Of a DNA stretch of 64,000 nucleotides, positions 50,710-64,000 are shown piece by piece; position 1 is the stretch's first letter; each line of letters opens with the position of its first letter. A program made the position numbers and the translations under genes. Source of the stretch: Eledone cirrhosa. Taxonomy: Eukaryota. The stretch spans positions 100,068,001 to 100,132,000 of the forward strand of contig OZ024745.1 in NCBI GenBank assembly GCA_964016885.1, written 5' to 3'. The notes under the pieces are model-generated. The model made no database searches and was not told where the DNA came from. It saw nothing but the letters and a program-made list of their open reading frames with translations.

Positions 50710-51011
50710 GTAATAATAATAATTGTGTACAGTGCTCAGGTGCACTACAACTCATCAAAGGTGTATGTATAGTACATAGAATAATGTACAAATGTCAGTA
50801 CTATTCAAATTTCAATTTGTTATAATATTTTTTTTCTTTTCCATGTTTCATTTTTGTTTACATATTATTAAGAAATTAGATTATATAAATTTGTTGCTCA
50901 AATTTAGTATTAATTCATCTTCTTTACCCTAAAATAAATAATTTTTTAAGGGGTGTGAGAACATATTAAAACATTTTTAGGGGTGCGAGCATGAAAAAGG
51001 TTGGGAAACAG
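50382..51011. mobile_element. hAT-like MITE with nested insertions
   Basis: CAGGGTTTCCCAAC / GTTGGGAAACAG ends, ttttattt flanks. Confidence 0.62.
50495..50671 (-). mobile_element. SINE family A within a hAT-like MITE, flanked by (AAT)n
   Basis: Consensus match. Confidence 0.83.
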
Positions 51012-52003
51012 TTTTATTTTGTTGCTTTTACTTAATTTACATGACCTTGAATAACCAAAATTTATTGGTGAACAAAGTTAAAAAGGTTTATTACTAATTA
51101 AAAAAGATATTACTTTGTCATATCATCTAAATGTTTTTAAGTATAGGTGAAATGGCTAAACAGTTAATATATTTGATTACCTGCTCAAGAGTTAGGCGTT
51201 TAAGACACATATAGCTAAGAAGCTAAGAGAAGTAGGTATTTTGATCTTGTTAGAATATTAGTTGTGGGAGATGAGCATCCTAAGTACAATTATCTCTCAT
51301 TTGTTTGAATATTTTGAATCTGAAGCATTGGTTTTATGAGATAATGGAGGTCAAGTTGGCTTAACTTTTATTAGTAGAATAACCAATATTTAGAATAAAA
51401 TACTATTCAATTTTGCTTATATAATTCTCTTCATATTCAATAATTTTAAAATAAAATAACCTGATTTTAATATAATTTTTGTAAAAATATTTTATATGAA
51501 TATTATATATGGGAGCAGAATCAGCAAATTATGATTCTTTTACATTTACAAACTATTAAATTTGAAGTAATTTATTAATAAATATAATTTGTGTAAACAA
51601 TTTAGAGAATAAAACACTTTATTTACCATGTTTTGCATTGGTAAACAACAAATGCATTTACTAACACATTAGTAAAATGTTTACAAATACTATTACTCTA
51701 ATTTTCTATACACAATACTAGCTATTTCTCATCTAAACTCATAAACTGAAAGAGAAGGATGCTTTTGAATGTTGGGAGTTAGTGAGATATGATGTCTCAT
51801 TTATTCATATATTTATTTATTATTTTCTCTGTGGTGTTCTTAAATAATCTTACGTTTATAAGAATGATTAACTATTTCACACACAACACAATTTGAGTGA
51901 CTACACTTGCTGACCATACCCCCCCCCCCTCCAGTGAGCTTGACAACTTAGCCTATATCCTTCCCCACTCATATATATGGAGATAGACTGCTTAAATACT
52001 TAA

Positions 52004-52222
52004 CCCTTTAGCATTTAAACCAGCCATATCTGGCCAGAATTCTCTCACCTTTTTCTGTTCAAACTGGCCGTAATTGGCCATTCATATTGATGTTAAAGTA
52101 TTGTTCTCAAAATAAATAATATTAAAATCTCCTAAATTCGATATTATGTGAGATAATTATATCAGATAAAACCTTTACTGTGAAAATACAATAGTAAATA
52201 TAGTCATGTAAATGCTAAAGGG
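52004..52222. mobile_element. piggyBac-derived MITE; copies also at 4944-5415, 13299-13636, 15293-15502, 19646-20057, 27311-27509, 35506-35679 and 49585-49805
   Basis: TTAA target sites and CCCTTTAGCATTTA / TAAATGCTAAAGGG terminal inverted repeats. Confidence 0.88.
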
Positions 52223-52377
52223 TTAACACATTCCTCCAAAGCACACTAGAAATAAAAGTATGGAAGGAGAAAATGTAGAGTAGAAAGAGAGAGCACTTTA
52301 GCCTAATGTTAGTGGCACAATCAAATCCACCCAGTCTCTGCCATAATGCAGTTGGTGATAGTAATGACATACACAAC

Positions 52378-53100
52378 AATAATTGTTTCTACTTTTTGGC
52401 ACAAGGCCAGCAATTACCCAGTGCATTACTGGTACTTTATTTTATCGACCCCGTAAGGATGAAAGGCAAAGTCAACCTCAGCGGGATTTGAACTCAGATC
52501 GTTAAGGGACGTAACTATGCTGGAAAGCATGGCATCCGACCCTCTACCGATACTGCCAATCCACCGCCTATAATATTAGTGGATTTGTGTGTGAGCAATG
52601 TTTTAACCATGTTGGGTGGCGAAAGATTGTGAGACATATCTAATTTATGCCAGCATAGAAAAAATGGACTTGTGATAATAACAAATAACTGTTTCTATTT
52701 TTGGCACAAGGCCAGCAATTACTCCAGTACATTACTGGTACTTTATTTTATCGACCCCGTAAGGACGAAAGGCAATACACAATACACAACAATAATATTA
52801 GTGGATTTGTTGTGTGTGAGCAATGTTTTAACCATGTTGGGTGGCGAAAGATTGTGAGACATATCTAATTTATGCCAGCATAGAAAAAATGGACTTGTGA
52901 TAATAACAAATAACTGTTTCTATTTTTGGCACAAGGCCAGCAATTACTCCAGTACATTACTGGTACTTTATTTTATCGACCCCCGTAAGGACGAAAGGCA
53001 AAGCTAACCTCGGCGGGATTTGAACTCAGAACATAAAGGGCCATAACTCTATGTTGCAAATCATAGTGTGTGATACTCTACCGATTCTGCTAATCCACCG
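52378..53100 (-). mobile_element. Cluster of three SINE family A copies, including a local ~220-bp tandem duplication
   Basis: Copies at about 52378-52568, 52685-52775 and 52909-53100; 52572-52775 repeated at 52795-53000. Confidence 0.82.
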
Positions 53101-55740
53101 AACAAATAATAATAGAATATATGAATAAGATGTGGACTCAGTAAGCTGTATCAATGGCTAATTCTCTAGGAGAGCAATAGAATAGTGGGGACTCTTCAGT
53201 CACAATAAAACCTACCCTGTATTTGTGGTGAACTTCTAAAGTAGCATCATAAGCTGCCCATCTAAGCAAGCAGCAACTCAAATAAGAATAAATACAGAGT
53301 TGAATGAACTCTTTAGTGCTTCTGCATGTAATGTCTTCTCTAGTACTGGTGTAATGATAAAATACATCCAGCACACTCTATAAACTAGTTGGTGGTAGGA
53401 AGGACAACCAGATGCCTAAAGGATGCCAAGAAAATATACAGATGAGATGTGGATTCTGCAAGCCACATTGTAGGTTACTCATTTAGGAGAGCAGTAACTT
53501 TCAATAAGGACTGATATAAGGAAGAGACGAATCTTTACACCCGCCTCCCCCACTTGAGACAACCTTTTTACTACCAGTAGCACAATAAAATGCACGCTAG
53601 CCATACTGTAAAACATATGCAATAACAACAAAGTTGACTGGTATTCTATGTTGCTGTGCAAGTGAAAGATGATGTGGACCACACCAAGTGGCAACCCATC
53701 CAACCCATGCCAGCATAAAAACAGCAACATAAAATGATGATAAAGACTTTTTTAATAATTTGTTTTAAGCTGAAAATGGAGGAAACAATTCATTAATAAC
53801 AGAAGATTAGTTTATGTAAATGACTATTAGATTTCTTTCCATACATATTATTGAAATTGAAAACTTTCATAAACTTCCAACAATAAATTACATACCAAAA
53901 ATGGAATGTTCCATTTTGTCACCAATAATGTAATGAAAGTAAACAAAACTAAAAGCAAAAGCAAATTTATAATGGAAAAATGAATGTGTAAGTTGCCAAG
54001 ATTTCAGAGTCATAATGCAAATATTAAAATAATCTATGACTTGTTGATACTAGGGGAAACAAAATCAACTTTCTGCTTGTAAACTAGTACTGAATATATT
54101 CTTGCAAATAACTTGGTTACATATTTCATTTTAATTAATACATTTTTTGTAACTGTGTAAATATCTTTCCAGTCTGTTTTTGTTCATATTTATCAAAGAA
54201 CAGTAAAAAATAAAGCATTGAGCATTTTCCTATTATTTCATATTTGATTAGGTAAAATTGAACTAAATCAGGGTCAATTTAGAATTCATCTTAGTTGTTA
54301 CTATACACTTATCTCTGGTACTAAGATTCATACCTGTGGCAAGGCAACAGCTGGTCATCCTGTAGAAATTTGATTACCTGTTAACAAGAAAAAGGGGGAG
54401 TTACAGAGTTTTATTTGTGTTAGTCTAATGTTATAAGCGAATATTTTCCTATACTTAGTATTTGTCACCTCATTGAATTTTAGAATTTGGATAAGGTATA
54501 TCAAAGAAAATAATGAAAAGCACGAAATTAATAAGTAGTGGTATTAATATGCACAATAATTTCCTTTTGAAGACATATACTTAACAGTCTTAGTAAAAAT
54601 GGGAATTTTAGTTATATAAATTATCCTTTTATGTAAAGGGTTGAAAATTATTCAGATATTTCTTTTATAGTTGCAATTTTAAAGAATTAACTGAATTATT
54701 ACATTTTGAATTATGAAAGGACTTGAATGCAGAAATTATACAATTGGTTTGTATATTGAAACAATGTGCAGTTTACAGATATCTTGCCCCTAAGATAGAC
54801 CAATGTTTATAGTCACCTTGCCACAAAGAGAAACAACTGTTGATAATGACCTTGCCACTATGTCATAAATTTATCTAAACAATATCATTTTATGACATAG
54901 AACTCAAAATATTCTACATAAAGGACAAATTCCCATATAATTATAACATTTTGTATTAGAATACATATTTTTGGTGAATTAGCACTATTCTCATAATTTT
55001 AAAAGTGTAAAACATAATACAATGATTTTAAATCAGAGAAGTAGCAGTTTGTTTCATTAATAAGTTTATTAGCTTCAAGTTTAAGAAACTCTTTTTGTAG
55101 ATGTAATCAATATATAAGGATGATTTAGGAATATGCCTTGTGTGGGAGAATACGAAAATTTATCATTTTTTATTAGACGGACATGATCAACTCTGGAGTT
55201 TTAGACCAAAATAAAAACTGAAATAATAGGTTATATATATATCCAATGCTAATTTGCAAGTTGAAACTGTTTTGTTGAACCTACAGAGACAAATGTCTAT
55301 GTTAATCTTGGCAAACACATTAGTAAGAAATAAAATTAAGGTAAAAAATATCACAAATAAAACCTAATGTCAAAATTGTTATATAAAATAATGACTATCA
55401 TGATATATATACATATATATAGGGTGCCCTCCAAAATTGTATACACACTTCAACAGCATTCTAATACATATTGCCTGTACAGGTAATCAAAGAGTGTATA
55501 CATTTTTGGGGGACATCCTGTATATATAAAATCTTTACAATAATGTTACTAGTTGGTTTTGCTCAAGTCAAAGGAGCTATAACCAAGTATTAAATGATAT
55601 TATGTATCCATCTTTCAATTCATGACCAACTTGCTATACTTTAATGGTATGTTTCAGATATTCAGACACTGCAATATTTTGAGATAATGGAGTTTTAATG
55701 ATTCCCATGTGGAAATCCTAAATGTTAGCTTATCTCAACA

Positions 55741-56200
55741 AAATAATTGTTTCTACTTTTGGCACAAGGCCAGCAATTATCCCAGTGCATTACTGGTACT
55801 TTATTTTATCAACCCCGTAAGGATGAAAGGCAAAGTTAACCTCGACGGGATTTGAACTCAGACGGTAAAGGGATGTCAATATGCTAGAAAGCATGGCGTC
55901 TGACCCTCTACCTATACTGCCAATTCACTGCCCTTATGTCAACAAAATAATTGTTTCTACTTTTGGCACAAGGCCAGCAGTTACCCAGTGTATTACTGGT
56001 ACTTTATTTTATCGACCCCATAAGGATGAAAGGCAAAGTTAACCTCAGCGGGATTTGAACTCATATTGGAAAGGGCCGTAACTCTATGCGTCAAAGCATG
56101 ACGTCCGACTCTCTACCGATACTGCCAATCCACCGAAAATAATTGTTTCTACTTTAGGCACAAGGCCAGCAATTACCCAGTGCCTTACTGGTACTTTATT
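55741..56200 (-). mobile_element. Three head-to-tail SINE family A copies
   Basis: Copies at about 55741-55932, 55945-56134 and 56137-56200 (partial). Confidence 0.85.
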
Positions 56201-57084
56201 TTAGAAAGAGGACCAATGCAATATGTTAAAGCATTGACAATGTCTAAGTTGTTTGAGCTGAAAATTTGTTCTACCCATTTTACTATTGTTAGGATTATGT
56301 ATAAGATATTCTGGTACTGTGTCACCAGTTGCAAAATGATAATATATGAAGAGAAAGAAAAGATATGTTTGCCTTGCTGAATGGCATGAAATAAAACTAT
56401 TCATTTGAGAGACTGTCCTATATTACACATGAATGTGTATGTACATACGTGTTTTAGTTTAAAGAAATTCTTACAGCTAAACCATTAGTTTATTTAATAG
56501 CTATTATCGTATAACACCTAAATATCAGTCATTCAAAATTCAAACCTTAAAATAGTGTGCACTTAACCTTATATTGTTATTAGAATGATATTAAATTGAT
56601 AAACTTGCATGATTTTATTTAATATTACTTTTAGTAAAACAGTCCATAAAATGGTATATGAAAAAAAACAACTCACTATAAGAGACTTGCTTTTGTAAAC
56701 AATGATATTTTAGTTAGATTGCACTTTTATAAAGCCAGAAAAATTAGAAAATGACAAAAAGGACTAAAAGAATATAAAACAAGCCTATAATTGAGAGGAC
56801 AAAGACAGCATAAAGAAATAACTAGTCAGTTATTATTTCTTGATATTTTAAAATATGCTGAAAATATAATGTTGAAACTTTTACTTTCGGTTGAGTAACT
56901 ATTTTATATATATAAACGTGGTTGGAGTTAGGAAGGGCATCCAGTTGTAAAAATTCCAGCGAAAATAGTATCCTGTTTGAACAAGGTATGGTGTGGCCAA
57001 CTGGCCAGACTTGTCTCATAACATGGATGACCCATCTAACCCATGCAAGCATGGAAAATGGACTTTAAATGGTGATGATGAGGA

Positions 57085-57125
<41 letters not shown>

Positions 57126-57299
57126 CAGAAGAATATGTTTTTTTACATACCAAAACTAACTTCACATTTGTATGAATTTAAGTTAGATTTCAAAATATAC
57201 CAAAATAAATTTAAAGTTTTGTAAATAGTTTCATAGTTCTATTTAGAAAGGAAATGAATATTTTGAAATTAGTACTGAATTTAGCTATTTCTTTTTCAA

Positions 57300-60200
57300 A
57301 GAGGATCTGAATACATCATTCTTTTTATGTATTTTTTCAGGAGGACATGACTGTGCAGACCATTTGCCATTGGTGAAATAGTGTTCTGTAAAGTTAATTC
57401 TCTATGATGAAATAAGTTGGCAGGGATGTTATTATTCTAGAAGATTGACATTCTGGGAAAGAAGGATTGATCATAGTCGTTAATACAAGAACTGGATGGT
57501 GAAACACAGGGAGAGACAGATGTGTCAGGTGGATTTAGGTGGAGGTGATATGCAACTAGCTATTTCAAAAGAGAAGACAATATTGTAGGAGTGATAGGAT
57601 TCTGGCTGTTAGTTATTTAGATTGAGCTCTATCGATCCAGATATGGTGTAACTAGAAGAGGTTTACTTTTGGAGTACTAGAAGATTTTAACTTTTTTATA
57701 TTTATTGATATCTGAAGCCATGACAATGGTAAAAAGGAAGGTTACCTAAAATATCTCCTTGAAGAATTCCTGCAAATAAATTAAGGCTAAGATTGTTAGA
57801 TTTTGTATCAGTGTAAAGTCATTTAGTAGTATCAATTATCTGTTGAGGTATACCATATAGCTACAGTATCTCAACTGTTTTATGTTCTGAGAACAAAATC
57901 GAAAGTATTTTTAAAGTTCATAAATATTAGTACCACTTCTAAATTACAATGAGATATTTCTTTGATAATTCCTCACATTGTTAATATGTGACTCAAGTTT
58001 GATCTCTCAAGATGAAACCCAATAAGGTTGTTTTCTTTGAACTGGTTCAATTATTTATCTTCCTTGAGGCAGCAGTAAACAGTTTTATCTAAATGAGTAA
58101 AAATCAGAATTCATTCAACTGAGTCATCAAAGAAGACAATTACAAATTAAAGCATTATCTCTTTTGATTATATTGCAAAAACACTATAAGGCTTTACAAT
58201 TTTAGGCTGATATATCACCTGCATTGTGTCTTTAGCTATGTTACTGAGTTCATTATATTGGCCTGGCAATGCTATAATAGTCACAAGCTGGAATGGCTTT
58301 TCCAGCACATCTCCAGGGAAATGCCTTCTCTATTCTGTCCACCAGGACTGTGGGGAAGTCATTGTGTGGGCCCCCATTTGCTCATAATAGTTAGAGATGG
58401 GATGAGTGGGAAAGACAGAGACAGTGAGAGTTTGGTTCCTTTGTGTTTGGACCTGGTGTATATGTATATATTTATTTAGTGCACTTACACACTTCTTGTT
58501 TTGGCCACACCAAGAAATTTGGGTAATCTTAAATTCCTAGGTTCATATGTGATGAGCTCAGAAGACATGGTTAGTTTGTATCAAACTGACTAACAGTTGG
58601 AGATCTGATTTAAGTTGATTTTTAAAATAGCATTCTTTGTGTTCTCATTGAGCCAGTTCCCCTGTATGGCTCAGAGACATGGACGCTTCCTATAAGATTA
58701 CAAAAATGTTCGTGGAAGAAACATTGAATATTAAACCATTTTTGTGGGACTATTCACCACACAAATAGTGAAGCAATGAAGAGTACAATTTGCCGGGTAC
58801 TATTTAAAAGCAAAAAGCCAACTAGTAACATCTTTTGTCCTTTGAAGATATTGTTTATCTAGTGGGAAGATTTACTAGCTCTCCTATCCATATGAAGTGT
58901 GAGACCTTTAGCATAGTAATGCTTTGGAGTAGAGTTGTGACGTTGCATTTGAATTGTTCTAATTTTATGCACTCTGAAACTAGAAGGTAAGGTATAACAT
59001 TGTTTCTTTAACGTGAGCAGTAATTATGTCTTTGTGCTGTACTGTTGATAGAGACCAGATTATCACTATTTCATTAGATGTTTTCTTAATCTCTGCCCAG
59101 GAAAGCAGTGCTGGTTTGACATGTATTGTTTAGGTTGCATGTATATAATGCCTCTCTGTGGAGGTTTAAGAAAGACGGGAGAGTAATATCTGGATAGCAT
59201 CAAGTGTTGTTAGAGCTCATAACAAACAGGCTGTTAATGTACAGGAGTGTAGTAGATGAAACCAAACCTTAGTGCATGTCAGAGTTGATAGAGTGTGTGT
59301 GTGAGAGAGAGAGATTGAAAGTATTGGAGATAATTGTTAAAGACTGTTTCCATCACCTTTCAGATATTAGAAGTGGGAGCCATAGAACAATAGTTGGCAG
59401 AGCCAGATAGGTTTCTCTTCTTGGGATGAGAAACAGTTTAGCATCTTTCCAAAGATTAGAATAGATCTGTGGAAAAATCAGGATAGATAGCCCTAAAAAG
59501 AGATATAATGTAAAACTTTCAAAAGGTTTTGCCATGTGGAATGGGCTGCTCTCATGACCATTGCAGGCCTCTAAGACAAGTTAGATCAATGTGGCTGATA
59601 TTCATTGTGAATAATTGTTAGTCAATTTCATGTGTGGAAGTGGCTATTCTAGAGGGATAATGAGAGGAATATATCAGGTGAGTGTAGTACATAACTAAGT
59701 TATCTCTGATGAGCAAGGACCATTATAGTAGCAGCAGAAAAGACATAGTAGGGAAACAGAACATTTATCGGTTAAAATTTGAATTGAATTGATATGTGAT
59801 TCCATTGGGTGAGATTTCTTTTGGATGCATGTAACAACAGCACTGTCCAGCGGAGGAGGGTAAAAATCTCTCGGATAGTGAAAGTGGATGAGTTTTACCA
59901 AGTGTTCTTCACCTACACTGCTGCTGCTTATGGATTGGGGCTGTGGCTTTTACACAATGGTTCCAGTCACCAGCTTAACTATCTCAGATAGGTTAGGGGT
60001 GAAACATATTAGCTGCTAGAGATAGTTTGATAGTTTGCCATAGGGTTTAGTAAATAGTTATGTTCTGCAGTATATTGATGTGTAATGAGTATCCTTCATA
60101 AGACAGTGGTCAGATGAGCTGAAAAGTACAGAATTGGAGATAATTTGGAAAAAAGCTTAGTTTGGAATGTCTGTGCATCAGCGAGGGCTATGCGTGGATG

Positions 60201-60450
60201 ATGATAATGAATGCTGCAGACAATTCAGAATAACAAAAGTTTCAGCTTCTGCAGTAATAACATATGCCATTAGTAATGTGTCAAGACAATCTGTGAACAT
60301 TGAAGTCATTAAGGATAACTTCTGAGAGGAGTGATGTAAGATAGAAAGATGTATTTTATACAGTGTGAGAGATAGTAATATAGCTACTGGTAGTTGAAGA
60401 AGTCTGGAGAATGGAAGAGATATTGAATCATAAAAAGATACATGTTGCCC
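57300..60450 (-). mobile_element. Highly decayed non-LTR retrotransposon (APE endonuclease + RT); boundaries approximate
   Basis: Minus-strand GILQGDIL (about 57748-57771) with LYTDTKS upstream; IIIHA.P endonuclease-like motif near 60185-60210. Confidence 0.5.
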
Positions 60451-60699
60451 GACATATAGTGATATATAATCTATTGCTGTCTAAATTAGCTAAATGGTCA
60501 GATTACCATTAATATTATAATAATTGTTTATTGAAACTAATGCATTTTAAATTTGATTCCATTAAAATTTCTTTTTGGTATGTCTTTCAGCATTTTATAA
60601 CCTAAATATCTCCACAAGTTCCTTATAAGATGGAACAACTGAAAGAAAGTCAGTATTTAAAAAGTGATTTGCCACTAACGTCACTAATGTTTTGACAAA

Positions 60700-60876
60700 T
60701 TGGCAGTAATGGTAGAGGGTTGGACATGCTTTCCAGCATAGTTATGTCCCTTTACGATCTGAGTTCAAATCCCACCAAGGTTAACTTTGTCTTTCATCCA
60801 TACAGGGGTCGATAAAATAAAGCACCATTAATATACTGAGTGATTGCTGGCCTTGTGCCAAAAGTATAAACAATTA
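60700..60876 (+). mobile_element. SINE family A
   Basis: A and B boxes on + strand. Confidence 0.8.
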
Positions 60877-61019
60877 TTTTCTTACTAATAAAAGCTAAAT
60901 GGCTCTGCATTTTTAGCATTTGATTAATTACTCAAACTGAATACCTGCTTGATATAAACCATTCAACTATAAACTGGAAATCATACACATTATTCTGATG
61001 TGCTCTTTGAATCTGAATG

Positions 61020-61490
61020 GACTTTCGTATTCTTTGCTCTTGCTCAATGTGACTGGGGTCATGCTAGGTCAGCAATCCCAGAGATGTCATCATGTGTAGA
61101 GCCGACCAGGACCACCAGTGCTCTCCATCACTGGTGGTCCTGTGCCAGCCCCTCAGCATCCTCCAAGGTGACATTGAGCCTCTGGTGATCTTCCCTAATC
61201 ACATCCAGCCATCTGGTGTGGGATCTGCCATTGGGCTTCTTCCAGCCCACAGCTGCTGCGTTGAAGAAGAGTAAAGCCCTGGTAAGATGATCTGATGGGA
61301 GGCACAGACATGTCTGTACCAGTGCAAGCAGTGGGTGGCCAAGAGGTGGCAGGCTGCAGGCTAATGTGTGCATGCATGCAGCGCTTTGTTGGAAACGTGG
61401 TGGCACTATCTGATGTTCTTGATGGTCCTCAGGACTCTGCTATAGCACCCGTAGATCCTCTTTGCCAGGAGCCATATTTCGAACCAAGTA
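61020..61490 (-). mobile_element. RTE-like LINE 3' fragment
   Basis: ORF 61128..61406 contains GWKKPNGRSHTRWLDVIREDHQRL (GRP..RW.D motif). Confidence 0.7.
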
Positions 61491-62234
61491 CTTAAATGGA
61501 ACCCACAGGGAAGCAGACGGAGAGGGCGACCCAAAATGAACTGGCGCCAGACAGTTGAGAGGGACCTGCGAGCGACAAACAGACAATGGCGGGACGCTGT
61601 GCAACTGGCTGCTGACCGAACACTATCATTGCCTCATGCGTCGTAAGACACGGGAGCTTCTGAGTCTGACATTTCTGCTCCATATATATATATATATATA
61701 TACAATAATTTGATTAATTTTAAACTTATTAACAATCTTATTTTTCTTGCATCTAACATTTCACATTACCCATCAGTTTTAAACAATGTTCTCATGAATA
61801 AAACTATACATAATCCATTCAGAGAGAATCTAAGTAATAATGGTTTTTTACCCTTTGTCAGGGCATTCTTCTAGGAGAAGGCAACTCAGGAAACTGGGAT
61901 AACTCCAATATAAAACCTGCAGCCCAGTAGTTACCGATGATGTTGATCTTTTCTTCTTTTTGGGTTATAACTACTGTCGCTCAGAGAGTGGGATTGGCTC
62001 AGTGCACAGTCTTTCCTCACTTAAAAAAATATCTTCACGCACAGGTATTGCACGATAGACTTAATTAATAATTATTAATTATGGTATATCGTGCAATGGC
62101 CATACTCGATAACGAGGGGGCAGCCATCATATATATATATATATATATATATGATAACTTTGTATATCAGTACAAGACAAGGCTAATATATATTCATATA
62201 TAGAATTAATTCATAGAATGATATAGGAGTTAAG

Positions 62235-62415
62235 TAAGAGACCCAAGAGTGGACCCCGAGCAAGTGGCTGGATAACATCCATGAACTTGGCTGGTCATGC
62301 TTGGGGATCCAGCCAGATCAGTTGGAGACGGTTGCTTCTGACAGGACCCACTCGAAGGAGTGTTTGAGGAATCTGCTCCAACGACTCTCTCAGGAATAAG
62401 TAAGTGAAGAAGAAG
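62235..62415 (+). mobile_element. RTE-like LINE 3' end
   Basis: Homologous to 6240-6425. Confidence 0.72.
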
Positions 62416-63249
62416 AATGTAGGATAAGGTAGAATAGTAGAAACTAAAGAATATCTGAGCACCAACACATGTGTATCAAATTGAAAACTCGGTCAATAAC
62501 TCCATCAGTGAATATATTTTGTACTGAAATATGATGTAATTTGTGCAACATGATTCAGTGCATGAATGTGTGGAGAATAAACCACTGAATGTATGAGATT
62601 AATTTTATAACAATAAGAGATGATAAACGAGAGAAGAGAAAAGAAAGATAATTATTGCAGTGTTTGTAGATATGTGATTAAAATGGATGACATGGAGAGG
62701 AAAATGTTATTGTGTTGTTTAGCACCCAGGGCAGCTTTGATGGTGTTCCAGCCATTACCATGCCCTCTTTTTTCCCCTACACACAATGTCTTTAGTTCTA
62801 CAAATATCCATTGTATCATACTTTTTCTAAGATAATATGGTAATTTTGGAGCTTTTCTAGAAAGTTGGAAAACCACATAAAGATTCTCTTGTCAGAAGAT
62901 GTTTAGTAGTAAGGTAATATGTCAAAGAAGATAATTATGAAATTCTTAATAAATATGACCTGAGACAACAAAGAACAGAAAAAAATTGAGAAGGTTTGTG
63001 TGAACACTCACAGACACACACATATACATACATACTCATGCATAAGTTGAATCAGCAGATAAGTCCCATAATTTTATATTAATCATTTACAATGTACTGA
63101 ATATTTTGAAATGAGATTTTAACGGCTCATGCTGGGTGTTATATCATGTTTTCTTAGAAAAAACTGTGACTTTATACAAGTAATTACAGCATACAACTCA
63201 AAGGTTATTAACATCTAATCTAAAATATTAATTTCAAAATGAAAATCGA

Positions 63250-63792
63250 CCGTATATACTCGCGTATAGGTCGCACTTTTTTAACGATAAATAAGTATAA
63301 ATTTTTGGTGTGCGACCTATCCGATCGACATCAGACTGACCAATGATTTTTCATAGACTTAATCAACGATGGGTATTTATAAAAATAACTTTGTTAATAT
63401 TTTTATTATTTAGCATAATAATTTCATAAATCTACCTTCTTATACATATATTTCTTGATTTTAAAAATTTTACTAAAACTTCGTAGTGTTTACATTTTTT
63501 TCTATCTGACCGGACCATCTGTCATTAAAATCCATAGAAATGCATACCCGGTATTTAAAATGTGATTTCATTGTCTTAGCGTTGCTATGAACACGTATTG
63601 TGACGTATTTACTTTAACAGGAAACAGATTATTGAATGTGACATTTCTTTTCAAAATTAGCAAGGGAGAAAACTTGATAGTTGAAATTTTTTTTATAATT
63701 CACTGAGAAATATGAATTCCGGTAAGAGAAAAAGTTATCAAACAGTTTTCAAGTTAAAGGTGGTTGGTTATGCAAAAGAATTTGGAAATAGG
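63250..63792 (+). mobile_element. pogo-like DNA transposon 5' end with transposase N-terminus (MNSGKRKSYQTVFKLKVVGYAKEFGNR)
   Basis: CCGTATATACTCGCGTATA TIR-like start; ATG at 63712 opens an RKSY..FKLKVV Brinker-type DNA-binding motif. Confidence 0.65.
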
Positions 63793-64000
63793 TGTGAACA
63801 TGTATTGGTATTGTATCTTTCAACCACGTTGCTGTAATATTTTCAATGGTGTCCGTCAGATCTTCGCTTTCACTTTCAAAGTAACTATCATCATCAGAAA
63901 TAAATATGTCTGATTCATTTGAAGATAAATCACTAATATTATCTTGTGTTTCTTTTTCATGTCGAATGTCGTTGCATATAAAACCTTCAAAGTCGGTATT

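Noticed and set aside
57746-57769. Apparent small exon (ttgcag...gtaacc)
   Set aside because: Phase 0 ends in TAG, and the other frame is the GILQGDIL motif of a decayed LINE RT.

Overview
AT-rich, repeat-dense eukaryotic DNA. The SINE, RTE and microsatellite content suggests a coleoid cephalopod such as Octopus (inference). The only supported host gene is the 3' part of a minus-strand, multi-exon collagen that the ORF track misses. Ten phase-0 GT-AG exons (49905-49994 down to 12417-12500) splice to [190 protein letters not shown]. The GLDAPCPxGPDGLPxPGC ending is the C-terminal signature of MACIT transmembrane collagens (vertebrate XIII/XXIII/XXV, C. elegans COL-99). The introns hold tRNA-derived SINEs, RTE/other LINE and Gypsy relics, piggyBac/hAT/Tc1-mariner MITEs and two minisatellite arrays. 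Two things stand out. (1) Several fold-back (inverted-repeat) elements, mostly beside (TA)n tracts, carry minimal type I hammerhead ribozyme motifs (CUGANGA...GAAA...UH), as in Penelope-like element/retrozyme ends. (2) There is an apparent C-terminal splicing switch: a degenerate duplicate of the MACIT-signature exon behind a UGCAUG cluster, a 10-nt stop-containing microexon, and candidate downstream extension exons. All calls were made by eye; none was checked against databases or RNA data.
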